From: Alphaproteobacteria bacterium
GTDB taxonomy: Bacteria > Pseudomonadota > Alphaproteobacteria > MPNO01
DNA length: 64,000 nt
Assembly: GCA_965202835.1 (NCBI GenBank)
Contig: CBDBCA010000006.1
Location: 1,731,828-1,795,827, forward strand
Direction of reading: 5' to 3'
Every line of letters starts with the position of its first letter. Within the stretch, counting starts at the first letter, position 1. Shown in pieces: positions 1-8,919 of this stretch. Made by a program: the position numbers and the translations under genes. Under the pieces are notes generated by a model. It was given only the letters and a program-made list of their open reading frames with translations. It was not told the DNA's origin and did no database searches.

Positions 1-186
1 CGGCTCTTGCCCGACCTCGTGGTCGAATGCGGCGGCATACCAGCTGTTGCGCAGGAACATGACGATCTCCCGGGGCCCGGCGACGGGAGCGGATTTGACC
101 ACAGCACCCGGGGCCGGACAAGGCGGGGACCGCTCCGGATTGCCAAACGGCGGCGCTTGTGGTCGTTTGATGCCCGGAGACTGAAA

Positions 187-594
187 ATGTCCGAGATCGA
201 CGCCCTTCTTTTCGCCAACGAGGCGTTCTACCGCGCCTTCGCCGACCGCGACGCGGATGCGATGGACGCGATCTGGGGGCAGCGCGAGCCGATCCTGTGC
301 GCCCACCCGGGCTGGGACGTGCTGACCGGCCGGGAGGCGGTCATGCGAAGCTGGGCCGCGATCGTCGCCAATCCCAACTCGCCCGACATCTCCTGCCATG
401 CCGCGGTGGCCTATGCGAACGGCGAGACGGGGGTGGTCGTGTGTTACGAGTCGCTGGACGGACAGGTCCTGCTCGCCACCAACCTGTTCGTCCGCGAGGG
501 CAGTATCTGGAAGATCGTTCACCACCATTCCGGCCCGACGCAGGGACGCCCGCCCGCGGAAGAGCCGCAGGCCGAACCGGGATCCATGAACTGA
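187..594 (+). CDS. SnoaL-like / NTF2-like (DUF4440-type) domain protein
   Basis: Real start is the internal Met at 187 (MSEIDALLFANEAFYRAF...) of ORF 7..594. The sequence pattern is NTF2/SnoaL-like. The N-terminal extension of the ORF is low-complexity and non-coding-looking. Confidence 0.55.
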   Translation: MSEIDALLFANEAFYRAFADRDADAMDAIWGQREPILCAHPGWDVLTGREAVMRSWAAIVANPNSPDISCHAAVAYANGETGVVVCYESLDGQVLLATNLFVREGSIWKIVHHHSGPTQGRPPAEEPQAEPGSMN

Positions 595-600
595 TCCAGC

Positions 601-2169
601 TTACGCCGTGGCCCCTTCGTGGGCCGCGATCCACGTTTCGCGCAGCGCGTCCCGCTTGATCTTGCCGCGGTCGGATTTGGGCAGAGAATCGGTGAACATC
701 ACCGCCTTGGGGCGCTTGAACGCCGGCAGGCTGTCGGCGCAATGCGCGGCGACGGCGGCTTCGTCGATCCCCCGGCCGGGCCTGGCGACCACGTAACACA
801 CCACTTCCTCGCCGTAGATCGGATCCGGCACGCCCACCGCGGCCGCTTCGAGAATGTCCTCGTGGCGCATCAGGACGTGATCGATCTCGAGCGGCGCGAT
901 GTTCACCCCTCCCCGGATGATCAGATCCTTGGTCCGTCCCGTGACGCGAACGAAACCGTCCTCGTCCATAACGGCGAGATCGCCCGTCTTGAGGCGCGCC
1001 CGGCTACGGTCCTCCCACTCTCCGTCCGGGGAGATCGCGGCGATGCTGGTCTGCGGACCGCCGACGGTGACCTCGCCCTCGACTCCCGGCGGGCATGGCG
1101 TCCCGTCGGCATCGACGATGACGAATTCCTGGTGCCGGGCGGGAGGGCCCACGGTCCCCATACGCCGGCGGTCGTGCCGGTTGCCGCAGATCCAGCCGGC
1201 CTCCGACATGCCGTAGAGCTGGAGCAGGGTAACGCCGTACATGTCCTCGAATTTGCGCCACTGGTCGGGGCTGAGAGGCGCGGTCGAGCAGGTCATCAGG
1301 CGGAGCGTAGGCACGTCTTCCGCCGTGATTCCGGTGGGCTCGTTGAGCAGCATGTTGACGACCGTCGGCACGCCGGCGGCGAACGTGATGCCGTGGTCGC
1401 GGATCCAGTCGAAGAACCGCCCATGCGAGAAGCGCCGGGCGATGTGCATGGTGAGGCCGGTCTGCAGAAACGGCATCAGGCTCAGGATCTGGGCGGAGTT
1501 CCAGCCGAACGATCGGTATTCGAGAGTGCGGTCGGCCGCCGTAAGCCCGAGCATGTCGAGCGTCGACAGCCCGCTCAGCCAGTATGCGGTGTGATCGAAC
1601 ACGACGCATTTGGGCTTCGATGTCGTGCCGGAGGTGCAGAAGATCGCGGCGATGTCGGAGATCCCGTTCCGGGTTTCGACTTCGGGCGTCGCCGGTACCG
1701 TATCCAGTCGGAAAAAGAACCCGTCCTCCCCCCAATCTCCGAAGATCTCGCGTCGGGGCTCCCGTGGAACGCCCATCGCGTCGGCGTCGAGGGCGTCGTG
1801 AACGAACGTCAGGCGCGGCTCGATATTGGCGAGGATTTCGCCGACATGAGCCTCGTTCATCTCGACGTTGAGCGGGCAGACGACCGCGCCCAGACGCCAG
1901 ATTCCGAGCCAGATAATCAGCTTCTCCAGACTCTCTTCCGACAGAAGGCCCACCCTGTCTCCGGGGCCAACGCCCCGTCCGTCGAGGAAATTGGCGATTC
2001 GGTTCGCCGCGTCGTGCAAACCCGCGAAGTCGATGCGGCGGCCGGTGTCGAGGTCGACGATGGCGGTCTTGTCGGGATGGCGGTCGCGGTAGCGTTCGAG
2101 CAGCGTCGCGATCGGTTCGACGGGAAGCGCGAGATCGTGCTCGCGCGTATTTCGATCCTCCAGCGCCAT
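601..2169 (-). CDS. AMP-dependent synthetase/ligase (acyl-CoA synthetase family)
   Basis: ORF 601..2301 minus; real start is Met 45 (MALEDRN..., ATG at 2169). AMP-binding motifs present: TSGTTSKPK, GMSEAG, TGDL, PKSDRGKIKR. Confidence 0.8.
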   Translation of the reverse strand: MALEDRNTREHDLALPVEPIATLLERYRDRHPDKTAIVDLDTGRRIDFAGLHDAANRIANFLDGRGVGPGDRVGLLSEESLEKLIIWLGIWRLGAVVCPLNVEMNEAHVGEILANIEPRLTFVHDALDADAMGVPREPRREIFGDWGEDGFFFRLDTVPATPEVETRNGISDIAAIFCTSGTTSKPKCVVFDHTAYWLSGLSTLDMLGLTAADRTLEYRSFGWNSAQILSLMPFLQTGLTMHIARRFSHGRFFDWIRDHGITFAAGVPTVVNMLLNEPTGITAEDVPTLRLMTCSTAPLSPDQWRKFEDMYGVTLLQLYGMSEAGWICGNRHDRRRMGTVGPPARHQEFVIVDADGTPCPPGVEGEVTVGGPQTSIAAISPDGEWEDRSRARLKTGDLAVMDEDGFVRVTGRTKDLIIRGGVNIAPLEIDHVLMRHEDILEAAAVGVPDPIYGEEVVCYVVARPGRGIDEAAVAAHCADSLPAFKRPKAVMFTDSLPKSDRGKIKRDALRETWIAAHEGATA

Positions 2170-2179
2170 CCTCTTCCTC

Positions 2180-3127
2180 TCAAACCTCTTGTCGCGGGAG
2201 CGGCGCATTTTCCACATCGAGCCCGGCGAGTGCCACCGCGATCTCCGCCGCCAGCCCGGCATTGTTGACGAGGAGGGCGGCGTTGGCGGCAAGACTGTCA
2301 CCTCCGGTCGCTTCGGCCACCCGGTCGAGCAGATAAGGGGTCAGCTCCTTGCCGGCGATGCCCGCCGCCCGGGCGGAGGCGACCGCGCCTTCGATCGCCG
2401 CCTCGATCGAGTCCGGATCGAGAGCCTCTCCTTCCGGCAGGGGGTTGGCCACGACGATCCCGGCGGTGAGCCCGAGCGCCTGCTGCGCCGCTACCATCCG
2501 GGCCGCCGAGCGGGCGTCGTCGACCCTGTGGGGCACGGGAATCGCGCTCTCCCGAACGTAGAACGCGGGCAGGGTATCGGTGCCGTAACCGACCACCGGC
2601 ACGCCCCGGGTTTCGAGGTATTCCATGGTCCGCGGCAGATCGAGGATCGATTTCGCGCCGGCGCAGACCACCGCGACAGGCGTGCGTCCGAGCTCTTCCA
2701 GATCGGCGGAAACGTCGAGCGTTTCCTCCACTCCGCGATGCACGCCACCGATTCCCCCGGTGGCGAAGACGGCAATGCCGGCGCGCGCCGCCGCGATCAT
2801 CGTCGCCGCCACCGTCGTCGCCCCGTCGCGTCGGGAGGCGGCCGCCGCGGCGAGATCGCGCCGGCTGACCTTCATGACGTCGGTTCCGGTAGCGAGCCGT
2901 TCCACCTCGCTCCATTCGAGTCCGACCGTCACGGTCCCCGAAAGGACGCCGATGAATGCGGGAAGCGCGCCGCGTTCGCGGACCGCGCGATCCAGGTCGG
3001 ACGCCACTTCGAGCGATCGCGCTGACGGAAAACCGTGCGCGATCGCGGTGGTTTCCAGCGCAACCATCGGGGCGCCGGCGGCCACTGAGTTACGTACCTC
3101 GTCAGCGATCATGAACACCGGTTCCAT
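2180..3127 (-). CDS. psuG: pseudouridine-5'-phosphate glycosidase
   Basis: Strong resemblance to YeiN/PsuG: VALETTAIAHGFP, VSRRDL, GATTVAATMIAA, VFATGGIGGVHRG, CAGAKSILDL. Start may instead be the Met at 3112 (MIADE...). Confidence 0.85.
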   Translation of the reverse strand: MEPVFMIADEVRNSVAAGAPMVALETTAIAHGFPSARSLEVASDLDRAVRERGALPAFIGVLSGTVTVGLEWSEVERLATGTDVMKVSRRDLAAAAASRRDGATTVAATMIAAARAGIAVFATGGIGGVHRGVEETLDVSADLEELGRTPVAVVCAGAKSILDLPRTMEYLETRGVPVVGYGTDTLPAFYVRESAIPVPHRVDDARSAARMVAAQQALGLTAGIVVANPLPEGEALDPDSIEAAIEGAVASARAAGIAGKELTPYLLDRVAEATGGDSLAANAALLVNNAGLAAEIAVALAGLDVENAPLPRQEV

Positions 3128-3260
3128 TTCGGGAAGGTAGCAGCAGGAACCATGACGCCGCTATCGGACGCCGGTTGTTGTCGGGCGGCCGGAAGGACGC
3201 CTATAGTTTTCCTTGCGAAGCAGGACGACGGGCTTTCCGGGACGCAACAGGGAGAAAATC

Positions 3261-4790
3261 ATGCCGAATGTACGCCTTATCGCTCTGGTGGCGGCGGTGG
3301 TCATCGCGGCCGGACCCGCTTTGGCCCAGAAATCCAAGGACACGCTCCGGATAGGCTTCTACGACCCGATCCCGGGCGTCGATCTGGTTTACGACCCCAA
3401 GGGGGAGACGGCGCTGACCGCCCGGGGGGTGTTCGACACTCTCATCGCCTACAACGAACGGACCAAGAAGTTCGAGCCCCTGCTCGCCAAGTCATGGAAG
3501 ACGGTCGATCCGACCACCTACGAGTTCGTCCTGCGCGACGACGTGAAGTTCCATGACGGCTCCGCCTTCGATGCCGACGACGTCGTCTACACGCTGAACT
3601 TCCTCGCCGACCCCAAGGTCAAGTTCCGGATCAAGTCGCGGTTCCTGTGGATCAAGCAGGCCACGAAGGTCGACCGCTACACCGTGCGGGTCACCACCAA
3701 GGGGCCGCGCGCGGTCGCGCCGGCACGCTTCGCCGTCAGCATCCCGATCTTCCCGTCGGACGTTCACGGCGCGCTGAAGAACAAGGCGGCGTTCGGGAAG
3801 AAGCCGATCGGGACCGGCCCGTACAAGGTCGTCGCCTACAGCCCCAACGACGGCGTCCGGATGGTACGCAACCCCGATTACCGCCACGGCTCCCCGTCCA
3901 GGCCGGCCGGCGCGATCGAGAACGTTCACGTTCTGCCCATCCCCGACGTTCAGAACCAGGTCGCCCAGATCATCACCGGCGGGCTGGACATGATCCACAA
4001 CGTGCCGAAGGACCAGGCGGACAATTTGGCGCAGAACCCCGAGCTCGCGGTGACGGTGAGCAACGGCATCCTCTACCGCTACATCGCGTTCGACGCGGTC
4101 GGGCGGACCGGCAGCGACGATCTCAAGGACGTTCGCGTGCGCCGCGCGCTGATCCACGCGATCGACCGGGACTCGATCCGCCGCAACATCTTCGCGGGCG
4201 GCGACGCGGTGCAGAAGATGGATTCGATCTGCAAGGCGATCCAGATCGGTTGCGTCTTCGACGTCAAGCCGCCGGCCTACGACCCGGGGAAGGCCAAGGC
4301 GCTGCTCAAGGAGGCCGGCAAGGCGGATCTCAAGCTTCAGGTCACGACCCTGCCCGAGGCCCGCAAGGTCGCCGAGGCGATCGTCGGTTATCTGAGGGCG
4401 GTCGGCGTCGAGGCATCGATCAAGAGCGTCACCTTCGGGGCCTATCGCAAGCTGCAACGGACCGGGAAGATCCAGACGCTGGTGCATCAGTTCAGCTCGG
4501 GCGGTGTCCCCGACACCGATGCTCTCGTCTCGTTCTATTTCGGCAGCAAAGCCCGCAACTACTACGGCGACAAGCAGATCGCGGGCTGGATGAAGGAAGC
4601 CGGCTCGACCTTCGACATCTCCGCGCGCGAGGAGCTCTACCGGAAGATCTTCAACCGGATCAACGAGCAGGCCTACATCATCCCGATCGCCAGCCTGCCC
4701 TCGGTCTTCGTGCACGCGAAGGACCTGGAGATCGACAAGGGAATCATCAACCCGTTCGGGGCGCAGCTCGCCCGGATCCGCTGGAAGTAG
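3261..4790 (+). CDS. ABC transporter substrate-binding protein, family 5 (peptide/nickel/opine type)
   Basis: Start at MPNVRLIALVAAVVIAAGPALAQ (signal peptide) inside ORF 3213..4790. SBP_bac_5-like length and motifs. No permease genes adjacent. Confidence 0.85.
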   Translation: MPNVRLIALVAAVVIAAGPALAQKSKDTLRIGFYDPIPGVDLVYDPKGETALTARGVFDTLIAYNERTKKFEPLLAKSWKTVDPTTYEFVLRDDVKFHDGSAFDADDVVYTLNFLADPKVKFRIKSRFLWIKQATKVDRYTVRVTTKGPRAVAPARFAVSIPIFPSDVHGALKNKAAFGKKPIGTGPYKVVAYSPNDGVRMVRNPDYRHGSPSRPAGAIENVHVLPIPDVQNQVAQIITGGLDMIHNVPKDQADNLAQNPELAVTVSNGILYRYIAFDAVGRTGSDDLKDVRVRRALIHAIDRDSIRRNIFAGGDAVQKMDSICKAIQIGCVFDVKPPAYDPGKAKALLKEAGKADLKLQVTTLPEARKVAEAIVGYLRAVGVEASIKSVTFGAYRKLQRTGKIQTLVHQFSSGGVPDTDALVSFYFGSKARNYYGDKQIAGWMKEAGSTFDISAREELYRKIFNRINEQAYIIPIASLPSVFVHAKDLEIDKGIINPFGAQLARIRWK

Positions 4791-4845
4791 CGGGCCAATT
4801 TAGCCTGAGATGCCGGAAGGCCCGCGCATTCGTCGACACCCCCGC

Positions 4846-4933
4846 TGTCACCCCGGACTTGTTCCGGGGTCCAGGGCCTCGCATGCGACGTTGGAGCGGT
4901 TGCTCTGGACCCCGGAACAAGTCCGGGGTGACA
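4846..4933. repeat. REP-like double-palindrome element, copy 1
   Basis: Left arm tgtcaccccggacttgttccggggtccag, then a ~30-nt spacer, then its perfect reverse complement. Each arm is itself a hairpin (ccccgga/tccgggg). Lies between convergent gene ends. A second copy is at 16500..16587. Confidence 0.8.
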
Positions 4934-4967
4934 GCGGGGCGATGGGCGGGCCGGGCACGGATGGTTT

Positions 4968-5864
4968 CTATTCGGCGGCCACGGCGGTGAGGACGGACTC
5001 ACCATAGCCGCCCTTGCCCCTGCTCTCCTCGGAGAACAGGTCGAGCTCTTCCATCCAACGGTGCGTGCGCTCGAATACCTCGCGGGTGTAGGGCTCGAAG
5101 ACGAAGCGTTCGCCCGGCCCCATGCGGCGGACGTCGACCATCGCACGGTAGCGCTCCGGCAGCTCGCGCAGGAAGTAGTGGGTGTAGCGCTCGGGCTCGA
5201 CGTCGAGGTCGCGCTGGGCGCGGCGCAGCGCGCGGAAGTATTTCTCCACGTCCCCGATATCGGCGTCGTTGGTGACCAGCGAGCCAATCATGAAGGTGGT
5301 GTCGACGATCTTCCGGAAGCCGAGCTGTTCGAGCAGATAATATGGCGCGCCGAACGCGTTGCCGGCTTCGGCCTTGCCGTCGACCAGAAGCGCGAGTCGG
5401 TCCCACAACACGCCGCCGAAATTGAGATCGATCCGGTCGCGGTCGAGAAAGCGCAATAGCGCCTGAAGGCTCGAATAGTGGCTGCCCGAGTGGTAACCGA
5501 CCTGGACCGGCACCCCGGCGAGGTCCTCGGGCGTCAGGATGTCGGAATCGGGCTGCACGAAGATCGCCGAGGGCGTCACCGAGTAGGCATCGCCCCACAT
5601 CCGGCCATGCCCCGCGGAAGCCGCCATGTTGACCGTCCAGTGACAGGCCGCGGAGACGTTGCAGGCGCGCCCCTCTTCGTAGGATTCGAAGGCGCCGCGC
5701 TTGACCTCGTCGGGCGCTTCGGCGCTGCTCGAGACCGTCGCCGACCAGCTCGCCGGCTTGCCGAGCGCCAGCACGTAATCGAGGCCTTCGTCGGCGAAAT
5801 AGCCGTGCTCTTCGGCGATCCATTCCTGCAGACGACCGTGCGACTGGATGACGAATTTCGGCAT
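4968..5864 (-). CDS. NMT1/THI5-like (SsuA/TauA-fold) protein, no signal peptide
   Basis: 298-aa ORF with a periplasmic-binding-protein-like pattern and no leader. Divergent from the Rieske oxygenase gene. Family call is tentative. Confidence 0.45.
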   Translation of the reverse strand: MPKFVIQSHGRLQEWIAEEHGYFADEGLDYVLALGKPASWSATVSSSAEAPDEVKRGAFESYEEGRACNVSAACHWTVNMAASAGHGRMWGDAYSVTPSAIFVQPDSDILTPEDLAGVPVQVGYHSGSHYSSLQALLRFLDRDRIDLNFGGVLWDRLALLVDGKAEAGNAFGAPYYLLEQLGFRKIVDTTFMIGSLVTNDADIGDVEKYFRALRRAQRDLDVEPERYTHYFLRELPERYRAMVDVRRMGPGERFVFEPYTREVFERTHRWMEELDLFSEESRGKGGYGESVLTAVAAE

Positions 5865-5961
5865 TGACCGACTCTCCTCCCCGCGCTGAACCGGGATGGT
5901 CGTTCCCGACGCCGCTCCCTGTCAATGCGCCCCGTAGTCCGATTGCCGCTATACTGCCGAC

Positions 5962-7236
5962 ATGCTCGATCACGACACCAACCGAAAACTCTCGCAGGTC
6001 GGCGCGGACACGCCGATGGGAGCGCTGATGCGACGCTACTGGCACCCCATCGCCGGCGCCGCCGAGATGGAACGCCGGCCCGCGATGCCGATCCGGCTGA
6101 TGGGCGAGGACCTCGTGCTCTACCGCGATCTCTCCGGAGGGTACGGGCTTCTCGACCGGCATTGCTGCCACCGGCGCGCCGATCTCACATACGGCTATGT
6201 CGAGGCGAACGGGCTCAGGTGCAGCTATCACGGCTGGCTCTACGATGCCCGGGGGGCCTGCATCGAACAACCTTTCGAGGACACCGCCGCGCCGGAGTCC
6301 CGGTTCAAGGAAAAGGTCCGCATCAAGTCCTATCCGGTGGAAGAGAAAGCGGGGATGCTCTGGGCCTATCTCGGTCCGGAGCCGGCGCCGCTGGTGCCGA
6401 CCTGGGAGCCCTTCACCTGGGCCAACGGTTTCCGCCAGGTCGTCATTTCGGAAATCCCCTGCAACTGGTTCCAGTGTCAGGAGAACTCCATCGACCCGGT
6501 CCATTTCGAATGGCAGCACGAGAACTGGCGCGTGCGGGCCGCCGGTACAGCGGGCCCCTACGCCCCGAAGCACGTGCGGATCGATTTCGAGGAATTCGAC
6601 TACGGCATTACCTACAAGCGGATCCGGGAGAACACCGACGAGCGTCATCCGCTCTGGACGGTCGGGCGCAACTGCCTGTGGCCGAACGCGCTGTTCACGG
6701 GCGACCATTTCGAGTGGCGGATCCCCATCGACGACGACAACACGCTGAGCGTCGGCTGGTTCTTCAACCCGGTGCCCAAGCACAGGCGTCCCTACGCGCA
6801 GAACGAGATCCCCTGCTGGCGGGGCCCGATCAAGGACGAGGACGGGCGCTGGATCACCAGCCACGTGATGAACCAGGACTTCGTCGCCTGGGTGGGCCAA
6901 GGCACGCTCGCCGACCGTTCGAAGGAGCATCTGGGGCGCAGCGACCGGGGCGTCATCATGATGCGCAAGCGCTTCCTCTCGGACATCGACCTCGTCGAAC
7001 GGAACGAGGACCCGAAGGCGGTCGTCCGCGATCCCGCCGTCAACGACTGCATCGAGCTTCCCATCTTCGACCGCGATTTCTTCGTCGACGGATGGGAGCC
7101 GAAAGACCTCCAGGATGCGGCGCACGTGCGCACGCGCTCGACGCTCAACTTCGTCTTTCAGGCGGGCCAGCCCGAAGAGGTTCGGGCCGCCTATGTCGAC
7201 GCGATGGGGCTATCCGACGAGGGCCGCGCCGGTTGA
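5962..7236 (+). CDS. Rieske [2Fe-2S] aromatic ring-hydroxylating oxygenase, alpha subunit
   Basis: Rieske motif CCHRRADLTYGY...CSYHGWLYD (CxH-X17-CxxH). 424 aa. No beta-subunit or reductase gene adjacent. Confidence 0.85.
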   Translation: MLDHDTNRKLSQVGADTPMGALMRRYWHPIAGAAEMERRPAMPIRLMGEDLVLYRDLSGGYGLLDRHCCHRRADLTYGYVEANGLRCSYHGWLYDARGACIEQPFEDTAAPESRFKEKVRIKSYPVEEKAGMLWAYLGPEPAPLVPTWEPFTWANGFRQVVISEIPCNWFQCQENSIDPVHFEWQHENWRVRAAGTAGPYAPKHVRIDFEEFDYGITYKRIRENTDERHPLWTVGRNCLWPNALFTGDHFEWRIPIDDDNTLSVGWFFNPVPKHRRPYAQNEIPCWRGPIKDEDGRWITSHVMNQDFVAWVGQGTLADRSKEHLGRSDRGVIMMRKRFLSDIDLVERNEDPKAVVRDPAVNDCIELPIFDRDFFVDGWEPKDLQDAAHVRTRSTLNFVFQAGQPEEVRAAYVDAMGLSDEGRAG

Positions 7237-7337
7237 ACGCCCGGAGTCGCGTCGATAGCATGTCCGCGAACGACCGAACCGGACGACCGGGCGCGGCGCT
7301 ACGTTCTATCGCCTGCCGCTCCGGACAGGGAGGAAAG

Positions 7338-8372
7338 ATGAAGACCCTTGCAAAGACCGCGCTACCGCTGGGCGCCGCGAGCCTGCTCTTCGCCGCGATG
7401 CCGGCGCAGGCCGAGACGAAAATTCTGTTCAACTATTTCGTGCCGCCCAAGCACCCGCTCAAGGTGGGCGTCATCGACAACTGGTCGAAGCGAGTCACCG
7501 AGGCCAGCAAGGGCCGCATCAAGGTGAGCTACCCCGCCAAGACGCTGGCACCGGCGCCGCGCCAGTGGAAGATGGTGACGTCCGGGATCGCCGATGCGAC
7601 CGTGATGTACAACAATTTCGAGCGCAAGCGGCTCTCGCTCGACCAGGTGGGCACGCTGCCCTTCAGCATCACCGACGCGTCCTCGACGGCGACGGCGCTG
7701 TGGCGCACCCACAAGAAATATTTCGAAGCCAAGAACCAGTACAACGGCGTCAAGTTCCTCGGCTACGTCATGCACGGGGGCGGTGTATTTTTCAGCCTCA
7801 AGAACCCCATCACCTCCGTTGCCGACCTGAAGAAGATGAAAATGAGGGTTCCCCCGGGCGATGTGGCCAAGTCGATCGCCAGGACCGGGGCGGCGGTGGT
7901 GCCGACGCCGGGCGTCAAGGCGTTCGACGTGGTCTCCAAGGGGATCGTCGACGGGCTGATCTTCCCCATCGGCGATGTCGAGAAGCTCAAGATGACACCC
8001 TACGTCAAGCACCTCACCAAGGTGCCGGGCAAGGTCTACGGAGCGGTGTTCTCGCTCTACATGAACCAGAAGGTCTGGAACAAGCTGTCGAAGGAAGACA
8101 AGGCGGTCGTCGACGCGGCGTCAGGCGAGAAGATATCGATGGACTCCAATAACTGGGGCAATTTCGACATCGAGGCCGAGAAGATCTACCGCAAGAGGGG
8201 GATCGGTATTCACGAAGCCAGCGCGGAGTTCACCGCGGACCTCAAGAAGCTCTGGGCGTACCAGGACGAGGCGTGGATCGAGACGGCCAACAAGGCGGGC
8301 GTCGACGGACGGGCCGCGCTTGACTTCTACCGCGCCGAATCGAAGAGGATCTACAAGGCCACCCAGAACTAG
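7338..8372 (+). CDS. dctP: TRAP transporter substrate-binding protein (DctP family)
   Basis: Start MKTLAKTALPLGAASLLFAAMPAQA (signal peptide) inside long ORF 5925..8372. GGGAGG ribosome-binding site upstream. DctP-like. Confidence 0.85.
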   Translation: MKTLAKTALPLGAASLLFAAMPAQAETKILFNYFVPPKHPLKVGVIDNWSKRVTEASKGRIKVSYPAKTLAPAPRQWKMVTSGIADATVMYNNFERKRLSLDQVGTLPFSITDASSTATALWRTHKKYFEAKNQYNGVKFLGYVMHGGGVFFSLKNPITSVADLKKMKMRVPPGDVAKSIARTGAAVVPTPGVKAFDVVSKGIVDGLIFPIGDVEKLKMTPYVKHLTKVPGKVYGAVFSLYMNQKVWNKLSKEDKAVVDAASGEKISMDSNNWGNFDIEAEKIYRKRGIGIHEASAEFTADLKKLWAYQDEAWIETANKAGVDGRAALDFYRAESKRIYKATQN

Positions 8373-8387
8373 AGCGGCTTCCGGCCG

Positions 8388-8906
8388 ATGTCTGAGGAAG
8401 GGAGCGGGCCGGACGCCGACGACGTCTGGCCCGACGGCCCCTTCGAAGCCGTCCTCATGGCGATCGTCGGGACGACGATCTTCCTGATGATGGCGATCAC
8501 CTTCGTCGACGTCGCCGGCCGGTACCTTTTCAACGCGCCGATCCCCGGCGGTTTCGAGCTCATCGAGTTCCTGATGCCGCTCTCGATCTTCGCCGGCCTG
8601 CCGATCATCACCCGGCGGCGGACGCATATCGTGGTCAGCATTCTCGACCGCTGGTTCCGCGGCGGGATCGGGGAGGTGCGACGGCTGATCGTCGACGGCG
8701 GGTCTCTCGCGGTCGTCGCCTTCATCGCGGAACGGATGTGGAGCCAAGGCGACGGCCTCGCGGAAGCGCAGATCGAGTCGGGCTATCTCGAATGGCCCGT
8801 TGCCCCCGCCGCCTATGCGATCAGCGTGCTCAGCGTCGTGACCTGCGTGGTTCTGGCCCTGATGCTGTTGCACGACGTGAAGGCGATGCTGGATCGGAGC
8901 TCGTGA
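8388..8906 (+). CDS. dctQ: TRAP transporter small permease (DctQ family)
   Basis: 172 aa with 4 predicted TM segments, located between dctP and dctM. Confidence 0.75.
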   Translation: MSEEGSGPDADDVWPDGPFEAVLMAIVGTTIFLMMAITFVDVAGRYLFNAPIPGGFELIEFLMPLSIFAGLPIITRRRTHIVVSILDRWFRGGIGEVRRLIVDGGSLAVVAFIAERMWSQGDGLAEAQIESGYLEWPVAPAAYAISVLSVVTCVVLALMLLHDVKAMLDRSS

Positions 8907-8919
8907 CGGGGCCGGACGC

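Noticed and set aside
619-2268. 549-aa plus-strand ORF antisense to the acyl-CoA synthetase gene
   Set aside because: Arg/Gly/Asp-rich low-complexity translation typical of high-GC antisense frames. Fully overlaps a well-supported minus-strand gene.
4999-7125. 708-aa minus-strand ORF spanning the NMT1-like and Rieske oxygenase genes
   Set aside because: Crosses two oppositely oriented real genes and the intergenic region. RG-rich junk with no motifs.
5925-7337. N-terminal 470 residues of the 815-aa ORF 5925..8372
   Set aside because: Only the C-terminal portion from the Met at 7338 (signal peptide plus DctP pattern) is a real gene. The upstream part is an alternate frame of the Rieske gene.
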